Assembly: GCA_963674705.1 (NCBI GenBank)
Contig: OY771506.1
Location: forward strand, 4,288,001 to 4,352,000
Direction: 5' to 3'
Length of the DNA stretch: 64,000 nucleotides
Source of the DNA: Phycisphaeraceae bacterium
GTDB lineage: Bacteria > Planctomycetota > Phycisphaerae > Phycisphaerales > Phycisphaeraceae
Positions 1-9,479 of this stretch are shown in pieces. The notes under the pieces are model-generated. The model ran no database searches. It was given only the letters and a program-made list of their open reading frames with translations, and had not been told where the DNA came from. Positions within the stretch are counted from its first letter, which is position 1. Each line of letters starts with the position of its first letter. A program made the translations under genes and the position numbers.

Positions 1-738
1 CCGCCATACGCTATCGCCGTCCTCATGACGCAACCACTCAACCAACACGATTGATCCTGGTGGCGTCGTCTCGGCCATATCGTCCGTCAGACGCCCGACG
101 AGCGTATCTAACCGCGTCGGCATGCCAGACGGCACAGTCATCGCCTCAGCCAGCACACGCCCAACGTCGGGCTTGTGCGGCCGCTGTGCATCCCAATCAT
201 TCTTACGCTGCACCTCGACCGGGGGCGGGAGTATCGGCTTGCGCTTATTGACCAACCGCTGAATCTCTGCCAACTCACATCCGGACACATCACGCGGCCT
301 GAACCTCAGCACGTCCTTACGATATCTCGACTCAGCTTGTCCCAGCCCCGGCATCCAAACCACCGACACCTCTACGGCACACTTGCCGTAAAACGGCTCG
401 CGTCGACACTCGGCGTCCTCATGGCCGATATGCCCCTTCACCGTTTCAGACAAGCATCGTGCCTGCGAACGGCCAATAAATACCACATCTTTTGTTTTCG
501 CATCACGAACATAGAACACGCCGCGACGCTCGACCATCTTGTCCAAAAACAATGCCCACAGCCCATGTCGACGCGGATGCACAAACGGCGTGCGACGCCC
601 GGCCACGATCGCTGGCACCTCCGCCGACACTAACCGCTGATTCTCTCTCGCCCGGCCGCACTCATCCGAACACGTTTTTGCCGCTGGCCCTCGGCCCAAG
701 TATGGCTTTCCGCACTGGACACAAATTCGCTCTCTCAT
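1..738 (-). CDS. Partial (3' end outside window) hypothetical protein with N-terminal Cys4 zinc ribbon and a degenerate GIY-YIG-like segment; absent from the ORF track
   Basis: Manual translation is open for 246 codons from ATG at 738, which overlaps the stop of the upstream ORF (ATGA). It reads MRERICVQCGKPYLGRGPAAKTCSDEC...RGVFYVRDAKTKDVVFIGRS...KGH...AESRY...RFRPRD. Confidence 0.7.
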   Translation of the reverse strand, partial: MRERICVQCGKPYLGRGPAAKTCSDECGRARENQRLVSAEVPAIVAGRRTPFVHPRRHGLWALFLDKMVERRGVFYVRDAKTKDVVFIGRSQARCLSETVKGHIGHEDAECRREPFYGKCAVEVSVVWMPGLGQAESRYRKDVLRFRPRDVSGCELAEIQRLVNKRKPILPPPVEVQRKNDWDAQRPHKPDVGRVLAEAMTVPSGMPTRLDTLVGRLTDDMAETTPPGSIVLVEWLRHEDGDSVWR

Positions 739-1019
739 GCCACACCTCCAATCACCGCATACGTACCGGCCAACTCCCGATCCTCGATTAGATCATCAAG
801 CAACACCGCCTCAGACCACCGGACCACCGCGAGAAATGAAACCGCCCCATGACGCACCGATAGCAGCAAACGGGCCTTATCCCGCAGCTTTACGACTGCC
901 TCATGTTTCAGCTTCCCGGATTTTGGATCACGAACCCGTACCCGATCACCGGGCCGATATTCGCGTGACGGAATGTAAACCCAATGGCCACCGATCCATC
1001 GAAAACGTCTGCTATCCAT
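735..1019 (-). CDS. Small hypothetical protein, phage/mobile-element-like, possibly SH3/KOW-like
   Basis: 94-aa ORF with YRPGDRVRV motif; ATGA coupling to the downstream ORF. Confidence 0.6.
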   Translation of the reverse strand: MDSRRFRWIGGHWVYIPSREYRPGDRVRVRDPKSGKLKHEAVVKLRDKARLLLSVRHGAVSFLAVVRWSEAVLLDDLIEDRELAGTYAVIGGVA

Positions 1020-1300
1020 AGCAAAACCACCAGACCGCTTATAACGGTCGGACAGCTTTCAATGTGTCCAAAAGCAGGGTATTATCACCCTGCCGGATCG
1101 TTCCTGTCACAGAACTTTCTGTCCGGCCGGTCCCGAAGGTGCGGTAAACCTTGCGGGACATTTTGATTTTAACGGTTATTCAATTTTCATAAGTCCTTGT
1201 CCTAGCATATATTATCGGGCCTTGGGGTAGGTCGGCAGGGGGGTTGCGGGTTGGGAAACCTGCGGTTGATATGCCACTACGTATGCCTTAACGAGGGTAT

Positions 1301-3934
1301 TCACACTTCTACACGATCCAGGCTGGTACGGACTTGTTCGGCAAGAACGGTGACGTGGGCTGTGTCGAATATCTCCAGATGTCCGCCGGGGATTGAATAC
1401 GTGTGGATATTGCTTCTCACCAACCCGCGCCAGCCATTGTCATCAGCGACAGACACAAAACGCATCCAATCAGGTTTCTCAATCGATTCAAACAGGTGCA
1501 GATCACCTTCATAGTATCCCGGCCTATAGGATTCGCGGGCCCGGCGTGATGCAACTCTCAGCTTAGATAAGGCTTCGGTTATCTGGCCGTTGCCTTGCGG
1601 TATGGAAACTTCATCTTCCAGCCACATGCCGGCATCTTCATCACGTGAATTGCTATTCACTTCAGATGATAAACCAAACCTCTGACGCACCTTTTCCATA
1701 GCGATGGCGGGTGTCAGTTCACTCAAATGAATCCACAACCGCTGTGTGAACGGCTTAGGACGAACAGCACCCGGTGCAGATGTATCTAATAAACCTAAAT
1801 AGGGCACATCTCCGCCCTGCTGCTTGATCTGGCAGGCGATCTCGTATGCGACCAGACCGCCGAATGAATAGCCGATCAGCGATACTGGACCGTCCGGCTG
1901 AATGTGGCGAATCCGGCGAAGCAGTTCCGCGGCCAGATCAGGAATATTGTCGCAAGGTTGTTCGGCTTCGTGCAGACCCGGGAACTGCAGGCCGTAGATC
2001 GATCGATCGTCACCGATCAATTCAGCCAAACCACGATAACTGAACGGCGTACCGCCCCGCCCGGGTAAACAAAAAAGTGGGGGTTTACCGTCACCATGCT
2101 TCAAGCAATATACGCCGCGATCCTGCGTGTCCGTCCCTTCACCCTGTAGCCATCCCGCCATTTGTCGGATGGTCGGTGATCCATAGAAAGACGACAATGG
2201 AAGCGATCGATCCAGAATGCGTTCAACTTCCAGCACTGTCTGCACCGCGAGCAGCGAATCACCACCCAGATCAAAAAAGCTATCAGTGACACCAACCTCA
2301 ACCAAACCTAGTAGTTTCTGCCAGATAGCTGCGAGCTTCTTTTCAAGATCGGTTTGGGGCGGGATGAACTCGACGCCGGTATCGATACGATCGAGGTCCG
2401 GCTCGGGCAGGCTTTTGCGTTCGGTCTTGCCGTTCGGCGTTAACGGCATCTTCTCGATACGAACAAACGTATTAGGCACCATAAAGCTGGGCAGCTTCTG
2501 ACGCATTTCTGCACGCAGCGCATGAATGCTCGGGCCTGGCTGCTCCTTCGGGATGATGTAGCCGATCAGACGCATGTCGCCGTGCCTGTTGGGCTTGGCG
2601 GTGACCGCGGCCTCACGCACACCTGAGCATTTACCAAGCACTGTTTCCACCTCAAGCATCTCGACGCGGTTACCCCGGATCTTGACCTGTTGATCCTTTC
2701 GGCCTCGATGGACCAGCATGCCCTGCCCATTGAATTCACCAAGATCGCCGGTGAGAAATACACGTGCCTCGGGATCGTCCGGATCGGGCCTCAGAACTTG
2801 TTGCGTCAGTTCAAGCCGGCCCAGATAACCGCGCATGATGTATCGGCTGCTGATATGGATGTTACCGATCACACCCCGCTCGACCGGCCGGCCCTCATCA
2901 TCAACGATGCGTACATCAACACCCGGGAACGCGTAACCGGATGGGATATTGGAGCCTTCTTCCAAAGGCGTGTCTTCGGTGATGTTGTAATGGCAGGACA
3001 TGCCAGTTTCCGTAGCACCGAGCCCACCTAGCAGCTGACAGTTTTTACTGAAGTGTGTTCTGAATAGCTCGACATCATTGCGGGTCGAGGCCTCGCCACC
3101 GAACTTGACCATCCGGATCTCGGGGAACAGGTTCTCGCCCTTCAGTTCCCGGGCAAAATGCCTGAAGATCGTGACGATCGAACAGTAGATCGTAATGCGT
3201 TTTTGTATCAGCCAATCGGGCAATCCCAACGTGCCGGCTTCCTTGACCGGGTAATGACACAGCGCCATGCCGTTTAACGTTGCGTTGAAAACATCGCGCA
3301 TCCCGCCGTAGACGCTGCAGGGATAAAGCAGGGTGGCCCGATCCTGTTCGGTGAGTTTCATCCAGGGTACATGGCGGAGCATGTTATGCATGACCGCGCG
3401 TTGCTCCATCATCACGCCCTTGGGTTTGCCCGTTGACCCCGAGGTGTAGAGCACGTACGCCAGTCTGCCCGGGTTGATATCCAAATCCGGATTCGTTTCA
3501 TCTGCTGCGCCGCCGGGTAGGTCGATATTCAACACCGGTATACGATCGCCCACGATCTGCCGGGCCATCGCTTCACGGCGGTTGTTAGTCAAAACAATCC
3601 TGGTGCCGCAATCTTCGAGCATCGTAGCGATGCGCTCGGCCGGATAGTTGGGGTCCAACGGCACATAGGCCCGCCCCGCCTTGAGTGCTGCATAAATCGC
3701 CGTCGTCAAAGGCAATCCCTGATCGACAAGCGTCGCAGCAAATTGGTCCTGCTGAGACGGTTCACCGAGTTGATTCAACAACGCATTAGCGCTGATATTC
3801 GCCAAGGCATTGAGTTCGCCGTAGGTCGTCACCCGTCCTGCACTATCCATCGCGGTCCGGTCAGCGAACTTGCGCACCTGCTCTTCAAACCGCTGGGCGA
3901 GTGAGCATTCGGCTGGATTGGAGGAATCATACAT
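1301..3934 (-). CDS. Stand-alone NRPS-like enzyme (adenylation - PCP - thioesterase)
   Basis: A-domain motifs YVLYTSGSTGKPKG, TGD, GRKDQQVKIRGNRVE, PNGK; PCP FFDLGGDSL; TE GYSFGG and C-terminal GGH. Confidence 0.92.
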   Translation of the reverse strand: MYDSSNPAECSLAQRFEEQVRKFADRTAMDSAGRVTTYGELNALANISANALLNQLGEPSQQDQFAATLVDQGLPLTTAIYAALKAGRAYVPLDPNYPAERIATMLEDCGTRIVLTNNRREAMARQIVGDRIPVLNIDLPGGAADETNPDLDINPGRLAYVLYTSGSTGKPKGVMMEQRAVMHNMLRHVPWMKLTEQDRATLLYPCSVYGGMRDVFNATLNGMALCHYPVKEAGTLGLPDWLIQKRITIYCSIVTIFRHFARELKGENLFPEIRMVKFGGEASTRNDVELFRTHFSKNCQLLGGLGATETGMSCHYNITEDTPLEEGSNIPSGYAFPGVDVRIVDDEGRPVERGVIGNIHISSRYIMRGYLGRLELTQQVLRPDPDDPEARVFLTGDLGEFNGQGMLVHRGRKDQQVKIRGNRVEMLEVETVLGKCSGVREAAVTAKPNRHGDMRLIGYIIPKEQPGPSIHALRAEMRQKLPSFMVPNTFVRIEKMPLTPNGKTERKSLPEPDLDRIDTGVEFIPPQTDLEKKLAAIWQKLLGLVEVGVTDSFFDLGGDSLLAVQTVLEVERILDRSLPLSSFYGSPTIRQMAGWLQGEGTDTQDRGVYCLKHGDGKPPLFCLPGRGGTPFSYRGLAELIGDDRSIYGLQFPGLHEAEQPCDNIPDLAAELLRRIRHIQPDGPVSLIGYSFGGLVAYEIACQIKQQGGDVPYLGLLDTSAPGAVRPKPFTQRLWIHLSELTPAIAMEKVRQRFGLSSEVNSNSRDEDAGMWLEDEVSIPQGNGQITEALSKLRVASRRARESYRPGYYEGDLHLFESIEKPDWMRFVSVADDNGWRGLVRSNIHTYSIPGGHLEIFDTAHVTVLAEQVRTSLDRVEV

Positions 3935-4120
3935 ATGTACAGACTTCCACTAACCCCCCGCGTCGCCAACACTGATGAGGCAGCAACATTTTACCACAGA
4001 TTCAATGCCAAACGTAACGCCTGGCAGGCCGATAAGCGGCCATATTCGCGGACCTTCACACCTGCTCAGCCTGCTATCATGTCGGTGAAACCAGCAACCA
4101 ATTTCAGTCACGGCAGCATA

Positions 4121-4786
4121 ATGATGAATAACAAGACACTGGAACAAACAGACTCGCTCTACAGCTATATCGCTGACACTTCCCTCAGGCCCCCCGCCGC
4201 CATGTTGGAACTCCTCGAAACTACCGAGAAACTCCAGAACGCGGGGCTGGCTAGCCCCCCACTTCAGGCCCAATTCCTGAGTTTCCTCGTCCGGATGCTC
4301 GGCGCCAAACGCATCATCGAAGTGGGTGTGTTCACCGGCGTCAGCTCGCTCTGGATGGCCGATGCCGCTGGCCCCGACAGCCGGATCGTAGCCTGCGATG
4401 TCAGCGAGGAATACACCTCGATCGGCAAACCCTTCTGGGAAAAAGCCGGCCTCACCGACCGGATCGACCTGCGTATCGCCCCCGCCGACCAGACGCTGCA
4501 AAACCTGATCAACGCAGGCGAAATCAACAGCTTCGACTTCTGCTACATCGACGCGGACAAACCTGCTTATGACGGCTACTACGAGCTTGTCATCCAACTG
4601 CTCCGCCCCGGCGGGGTGATCGCCTTCGACAACATGCTCCAGCACGGCCGCGTGATAGACCCCGATGCAAAAGACGATCAGGTCAACGCCATCCGCGCAC
4701 TAAACAGCAAACTGCACCAGGACAAACGCGTCGATGTCAGCTTCCTGCCGTTGTGTGATGGGGTGTACCTGGTGCGTAAAAAATAA
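4121..4786 (+). CDS. Class I SAM-dependent O-methyltransferase (caffeoyl-CoA OMT / Methyltransf_3 family)
   Basis: IIEVGVFTGVS, FDFCYIDADK, LRPGGVIAFDNML motifs; start moved to ATG 4121. Confidence 0.92.
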   Translation: MMNNKTLEQTDSLYSYIADTSLRPPAAMLELLETTEKLQNAGLASPPLQAQFLSFLVRMLGAKRIIEVGVFTGVSSLWMADAAGPDSRIVACDVSEEYTSIGKPFWEKAGLTDRIDLRIAPADQTLQNLINAGEINSFDFCYIDADKPAYDGYYELVIQLLRPGGVIAFDNMLQHGRVIDPDAKDDQVNAIRALNSKLHQDKRVDVSFLPLCDGVYLVRKK

Positions 4787-4788
4787 CG

Positions 4789-5505
4789 TCAATTTGCAGC
4801 ATTCGCCTTATTGTGTTCACGTATAAATCTGGCTTGCGACTCTTCTATGGCATCATGTTCACAATAAAGGGTGACAACTCTACCGATACATGGGACGAAT
4901 AACTTGAATGGTCCGCACATGCCTCGAGTCTGTTGATGGCTATGTAAATCATGTGAATGCTCGACAATGATCCACTCAGGCTCATTCATAAACCACGTAT
5001 AAGCATCGTCCGGTATCTCTGTTACGCGGTCCCAAAATGGAAATGATTTTGTTGTACTTATAATGCACATGTATACGAATAAGGCTATTGGTCCAGCGAT
5101 AATCAATCCCATCATACCTACAGATACAATATCAAAGATAACGAGAATCCCCGAAGCGATCCCAAGAATATCGCCAATCATATTGCACTTTTCTATTCCA
5201 GATGCTCTTGTATTCTTGTATTGGTTAATCCGTGATAGATCATTTGTGATAAACCCAATAACCAGCAATGTGATTGGAAGCCAACCGAAATGCCTGTCAA
5301 ATAAATGGAATACACTGGATGCAGCAAGAAATACCAACCCAGCCATGATCCAGTTCGTCACTATGCCGTAAACCCAGTAGAAAAGTAAATTGTTGCTACG
5401 ATGTAGGAAACGCCCCCCTATGAGATTCATAGGAATGCCAACGACAAGAGCAACGATAGGGATTGTTACAAAGGCGAGAATGTATGCAAGAACAGTAGTC
5501 ACCAT
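4789..5505 (-). CDS. Hypothetical membrane protein, low GC
   Basis: 238-aa ORF with about five hydrophobic segments; AT-rich relative to its neighbours. Confidence 0.7.
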   Translation of the reverse strand: MVTTVLAYILAFVTIPIVALVVGIPMNLIGGRFLHRSNNLLFYWVYGIVTNWIMAGLVFLAASSVFHLFDRHFGWLPITLLVIGFITNDLSRINQYKNTRASGIEKCNMIGDILGIASGILVIFDIVSVGMMGLIIAGPIALFVYMCIISTTKSFPFWDRVTEIPDDAYTWFMNEPEWIIVEHSHDLHSHQQTRGMCGPFKLFVPCIGRVVTLYCEHDAIEESQARFIREHNKANAAN

Positions 5506-5560
5506 TATGCTTTCTCCTATGCCTACAATCTATTGCCATTCTAGCCCTGGAGATCCTAAT

Positions 5561-5593
5561 AAAAAACCCACGGGCGTTACACCCGTGGGTTTT
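5561..5593 (-). terminator. Intrinsic terminator downstream of ppdK (REP-like stem, probably bidirectional)
   Basis: aaaaaacccacggg-cgttaca-cccgtgggtttt inverted repeat with A/T tails. Confidence 0.8.
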
Positions 5594-5622
5594 GTGGTTA
5601 TTCAATTGTCTGACAGCTTTGC

Positions 5623-8286
5623 TTAGCCAAGCGCTGCCTGGGCTGCTGCGAGCCGTGCGATCGGGACGCGGAACGGGCTGCAGGAGACGTAATCCAGGCC
5701 GACCTTGTGGCAGAACTTCACGGAGGCCGGGTCGCCGCCGTGTTCGCCGCAGATGCCGCACTTCAGGCCCTTCTTGACGCTGCGGCCCTTGTTGACCGCC
5801 ATGTCCACGAGTTGGCCCACGCCGGTGGTATCCAGCGACTGGAACGGGTCCCTCTCGAGGATTTCCTGGCCGATGTAATCAGGCAGGAAGGTGTTGACGT
5901 CGTCACGGCTGTAGCCGAAGGTCAACTGCGTCAGGTCGTTGGTACCGAAGCTGAAGAAGTCAGCACACTCTGCAATCTCGTCGGCGGTCAGAGCCGCACG
6001 CGGGATTTCGATCATCGTGCCGACGGTGATGTCCAGCTTGCCTGAGTACTTCTTCTTGGCCTTGACATCCGCGATGGTCTGCAACGCCAGATCACGCAGG
6101 ATGGACAGCTCCTTCTTGGTGCCGACCAGCGGGATCATGATCTCGGGCATCGCGTTGACCTTCTTCTTCTTGCACTGGATGGTCGCCTCGACGATCGCCG
6201 TCACCTGCATGACCAGGATTTCCGGATACGTGATCGACAGACGGCAACCACGGTGGCCAAGCATCGGGTTCGCTTCGTGAAGTTGCGAAACGCGGTTCTT
6301 GACCATGGCGGGCTTCACGCCGAGAACCTTCGCCAATTCCCCCTGGCTCTGATCATCATGCGGGAGGAACTCGTGCAGCGGCGGGTCGAGCAGACGCACC
6401 GTCACGGGCAGGCCCTTCATCGCGGTGAAGATACCCACGAAGTCCTTGCGCTGATAAGGCAGCAGCTTGGCCAGTGCCTTTTCACGATCGGCCTTGGCTT
6501 CGGCGAGGATCATCTCACGCATCGCCAGGATGCGCTCGCCCTCGAAGAACATGTGCTCGGTACGGCAGAGGCCGATACCCTGGGCGCCGAACTCACGGGC
6601 ACGCTTGGCGTCGGCCGGCGTATCCGCGTTCGTGCGAACCTTCAGCTTGCGATACTTGTCGGCCCACTTCATCACGGTGGCGAAGTCGCCGGAGAGCTTG
6701 GGCGTCACCGTCGCGATACGGCCGGCAAACACCTCACCGGTCGAGCCGTCGATCGACAGTTCATCCTTGTCGCTGTAGGTCTTGCCGTTAACCGTGATCG
6801 TCTTGCCCTTTTCATCGATGCTGATGGCACCGGCACCGGCGACGCAGCACTTGCCCCAACCACGGGCGACGACCGCCGCATGCGAGGTCATGCCGCCGGT
6901 CGAGGTGAGGATACCGGCCGCGTGGTGCATGCCGTCAACATCTTCCGGGCTGGTTTCTTTACGAACGAGCAGCACGGTTTCGCCGGCCTGTGTCCGCTCG
7001 ACGGCTTCGTCAGCGGTGAACGCCAGTTTGCCAACGCTCGCACCGGGCGACGCCGGCAGACCGGTGGTCAACGCACTGGCCTTCTTCTTGGCCGAGGTGT
7101 CGAAGCTGGGCAGCAGCAACTGCGTCAGGTCGTTAGCCGGGATACGCTTGACAGCGGTCTTCTCATCAATGAGTTTTTCCTTGACCATGTCGCAGGCGAT
7201 CTTCACCGCCGCAGCGCCGGTACGCTTGCCGTTACGCGTCTGGAGCATGAAGAGTGTGCCGGCCTCGATGGTGAACTCGATGTCCTGCACGTCCTTGTAG
7301 TGCTTCTCAAGCTTGTTCTTGATAACCAGCAGTTCCTTGTGGACCTTCTTGTTCCACTTGGTCATTTCCTTGACGGGCTGCGGCGTACGGATGCCGGCCA
7401 CGACGTCTTCGCCCTGGGCGTTGATGAGGAACTCGCCGTAGAACTCGTTCTTGCCGGTCGCTGGGTCGCGTGTGAAGGCGACGCCCGTGCCGCAGTCATC
7501 GCCCATGTTGCCGAAGACCATGGTCTGGACGTTGACGGCCGTGCCCTTGAGGCCGGTGATCTCGGAGATCTGACGGTAGCGGATCGCACGCGGGGCGTTC
7601 CAGCTCTTGAACACGGCTTCGATCGCCAGCTCAAGCTGCTTGTATGGGTCCTGCGGGAAGGCGATCTTGGTGTGCTTCTTGAAGACCTTCTTGTAAGCGT
7701 CGCACAGTTCCTTCAGACCTTCTGTGTTGACATCGGTATCCAGTTCGACCTTCTGATTCTGCTTGATCTTGTCGAACTCGGCCTCGAAGTAGTGGTGGTC
7801 GACGCCCATGACGACATCGCCGTACATGTTGATCAGACGACGATAGGCATCGTAAGCGAAACGTTCATTACCGCTGGCAACCGCCAGGCCCTTGACGGCC
7901 ACATCGTTGAGGCCGAGATTCAGGACCGTGTCCATCATGCCGGGCATCGAAACCGCGGCGCCGGAGCGGACGGACATCAGCAGGGCGTTGTTGTCATCGC
8001 CGAACTTCTTGCCGCTTTCTTTTTCCAGAAGCTCAACAGCCTTATGCACCTGGTCCATCAGGCCCTTGGGCATCTTGCGGCCTTGCTTGTAGTACTGGTC
8101 GCAGCACTCGGTCGTGACGGTAAAACCGGGGGGCACGGGCAGACCGATCGAAGTCATCTCGGCAAGGTTCGCGCCTTTGCCGCCGAGTAATTGCTTCATC
8201 GTGCCATTGCCGTCGGTCTTGATCTTACCGAAGTAATAGACCATTTTTTGCGATGACTTCCCTGTGGAGCTTTTCTTTTTCGCCAT
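5623..8286 (-). CDS. ppdK: Pyruvate, phosphate dikinase
   Basis: LGGKGANLAEM, SVRSGA, GGMTSHAAVVARG, GIGLCRTEHMF, FSFGTNDLTQ, GICGEHGGDP motifs; 887 aa. Confidence 0.98.
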   Translation of the reverse strand: MAKKKSSTGKSSQKMVYYFGKIKTDGNGTMKQLLGGKGANLAEMTSIGLPVPPGFTVTTECCDQYYKQGRKMPKGLMDQVHKAVELLEKESGKKFGDDNNALLMSVRSGAAVSMPGMMDTVLNLGLNDVAVKGLAVASGNERFAYDAYRRLINMYGDVVMGVDHHYFEAEFDKIKQNQKVELDTDVNTEGLKELCDAYKKVFKKHTKIAFPQDPYKQLELAIEAVFKSWNAPRAIRYRQISEITGLKGTAVNVQTMVFGNMGDDCGTGVAFTRDPATGKNEFYGEFLINAQGEDVVAGIRTPQPVKEMTKWNKKVHKELLVIKNKLEKHYKDVQDIEFTIEAGTLFMLQTRNGKRTGAAAVKIACDMVKEKLIDEKTAVKRIPANDLTQLLLPSFDTSAKKKASALTTGLPASPGASVGKLAFTADEAVERTQAGETVLLVRKETSPEDVDGMHHAAGILTSTGGMTSHAAVVARGWGKCCVAGAGAISIDEKGKTITVNGKTYSDKDELSIDGSTGEVFAGRIATVTPKLSGDFATVMKWADKYRKLKVRTNADTPADAKRAREFGAQGIGLCRTEHMFFEGERILAMREMILAEAKADREKALAKLLPYQRKDFVGIFTAMKGLPVTVRLLDPPLHEFLPHDDQSQGELAKVLGVKPAMVKNRVSQLHEANPMLGHRGCRLSITYPEILVMQVTAIVEATIQCKKKKVNAMPEIMIPLVGTKKELSILRDLALQTIADVKAKKKYSGKLDITVGTMIEIPRAALTADEIAECADFFSFGTNDLTQLTFGYSRDDVNTFLPDYIGQEILERDPFQSLDTTGVGQLVDMAVNKGRSVKKGLKCGICGEHGGDPASVKFCHKVGLDYVSCSPFRVPIARLAAAQAALG

Positions 8287-8511
8287 GGTTGTAGTCCTTT
8301 TGGGCCTTTCTCTGCCGGATAGCCGGGCTTGTATTGTGGTGGAACGAAGCGTATTTGCTCGCCCCCCTTAATCAGACCGACCCACGCACTCGGTGAGTCG
8401 GCGGCTTGGGGGTCCTTGCCGTATTCAGGGTAATGTCCGCATGGCGCACACAAGCCGAAACGGACTCGGGTCAGCGCCGGCGGGAGCCGGGACGCTGTTT
8501 TAAGACTAACG

Positions 8512-8539
8512 ATTCTAGTGATTGGCGTTCTAGCGTCAA
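8512..8539 (-). promoter_or_regulatory. Putative sigma70 promoter of ppdK
   Basis: TTGACG-N16-TAGAAT on the minus strand, about 225 nt upstream of the start. Confidence 0.55.
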
Positions 8540-8669
8540 TCTGAGGGGGCTACAGCCTGAAATCACAGCCCCAACGGGTCCCAGTGAATCCCGAATAAAG
8601 ACCGGCAAATCACAAGAAATGCACAATAAATAATATAATTTGCACCCGGAAAAAGAACCGCCCACCCGC

Positions 8670-9479
8670 CTAGTGCTGGACGAACACCAGCACCTGACCC
8701 CCGAACACTTCTTCAAATGTCGCCCAGGTCATGCTCATGTTGCCCTCAATAGGGTCAGCCACCATCACGGACGTCGGTGTCGTGCGTGTGACCGTCACCA
8801 TATGCAGCCGGGTCGGCTCGTACCTGAAAGGCGTAACTATTGGATACGGAAGTTGCCGGACTTCCTCAGAGGTCACTTCCAGCAGCTCCGCGGTGTAAGG
8901 GGTGTGCTCCAGGCGTTTATTCAGCCCGTCCAGCGCCCGCAGGATCGTGGAACCCGTGCCCGGCCGGGTGTGGGTCAGCTTCGCCATCTGCTGTTCACTG
9001 GTGGGAACGCCCAATAAATCCAGTGCCTGGGCACACGCCGCGGGTACGCAAGAGTATTCCTGGCTCTGCTTGACGACCTCGCCCTCCCCCACCGTGGCTG
9101 CAAAGCTCTGCTCGGGCGTCGATTGCAGCATCCAAAGCGCCCCGTTCACAAAAAATACGCCCCCGAACATTATCGCCCAACTGATCACCCGCTTCTGCCG
9201 GGGAAGCTTCGCACGAGACCAGGCCAACCCCAGCAGCAGCATGAAAATCGGGACGCTACCCACCCCCTCAATCTTCGTCAGCACCGACAGCGGGATAACG
9301 TACACCGCCACCGCCGGGTGATAATGCAGCCAGCACCAGACCAGCATCAGAAGCAACCCGCACAACAAGGTCGTCCGGGCCACCGCCACTGAATGTCTAC
9401 CGAGATAGTACCCGCCCGCCCATGCGAGCGAAGAAATGGAAGCGATCGTGACAAACCAGTAGGCGGTTGTCGGGTCCAT
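8670..9479 (-). CDS. Membrane-anchored C39-like cysteine peptidase
   Basis: Four N-terminal TM segments, then QSQEYSCVPAAC, HMVTV, VMVADP (Cys/His/Asp of C39-like). Confidence 0.8.
   Translation of the reverse strand: MDPTTAYWFVTIASISSLAWAGGYYLGRHSVAVARTTLLCGLLLMLVWCWLHYHPAVAVYVIPLSVLTKIEGVGSVPIFMLLLGLAWSRAKLPRQKRVISWAIMFGGVFFVNGALWMLQSTPEQSFAATVGEGEVVKQSQEYSCVPAACAQALDLLGVPTSEQQMAKLTHTRPGTGSTILRALDGLNKRLEHTPYTAELLEVTSEEVRQLPYPIVTPFRYEPTRLHMVTVTRTTPTSVMVADPIEGNMSMTWATFEEVFGGQVLVFVQH

Noticed and set aside
51..791. Plus-strand ORFs of 66, 152 and 99 aa
   Set aside because: Opposite the more credible coupled minus-strand ORFs; no motifs
1204..1300. tRNA-derived att site or phage cos site at the putative element boundary
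   Set aside because: A G-rich stretch is present, but I found no tRNA 3' duplication or terminase/HNH context to support it
6253..8190. 645-aa plus-strand ORF
   Set aside because: Antisense shadow of ppdK caused by GC codon bias
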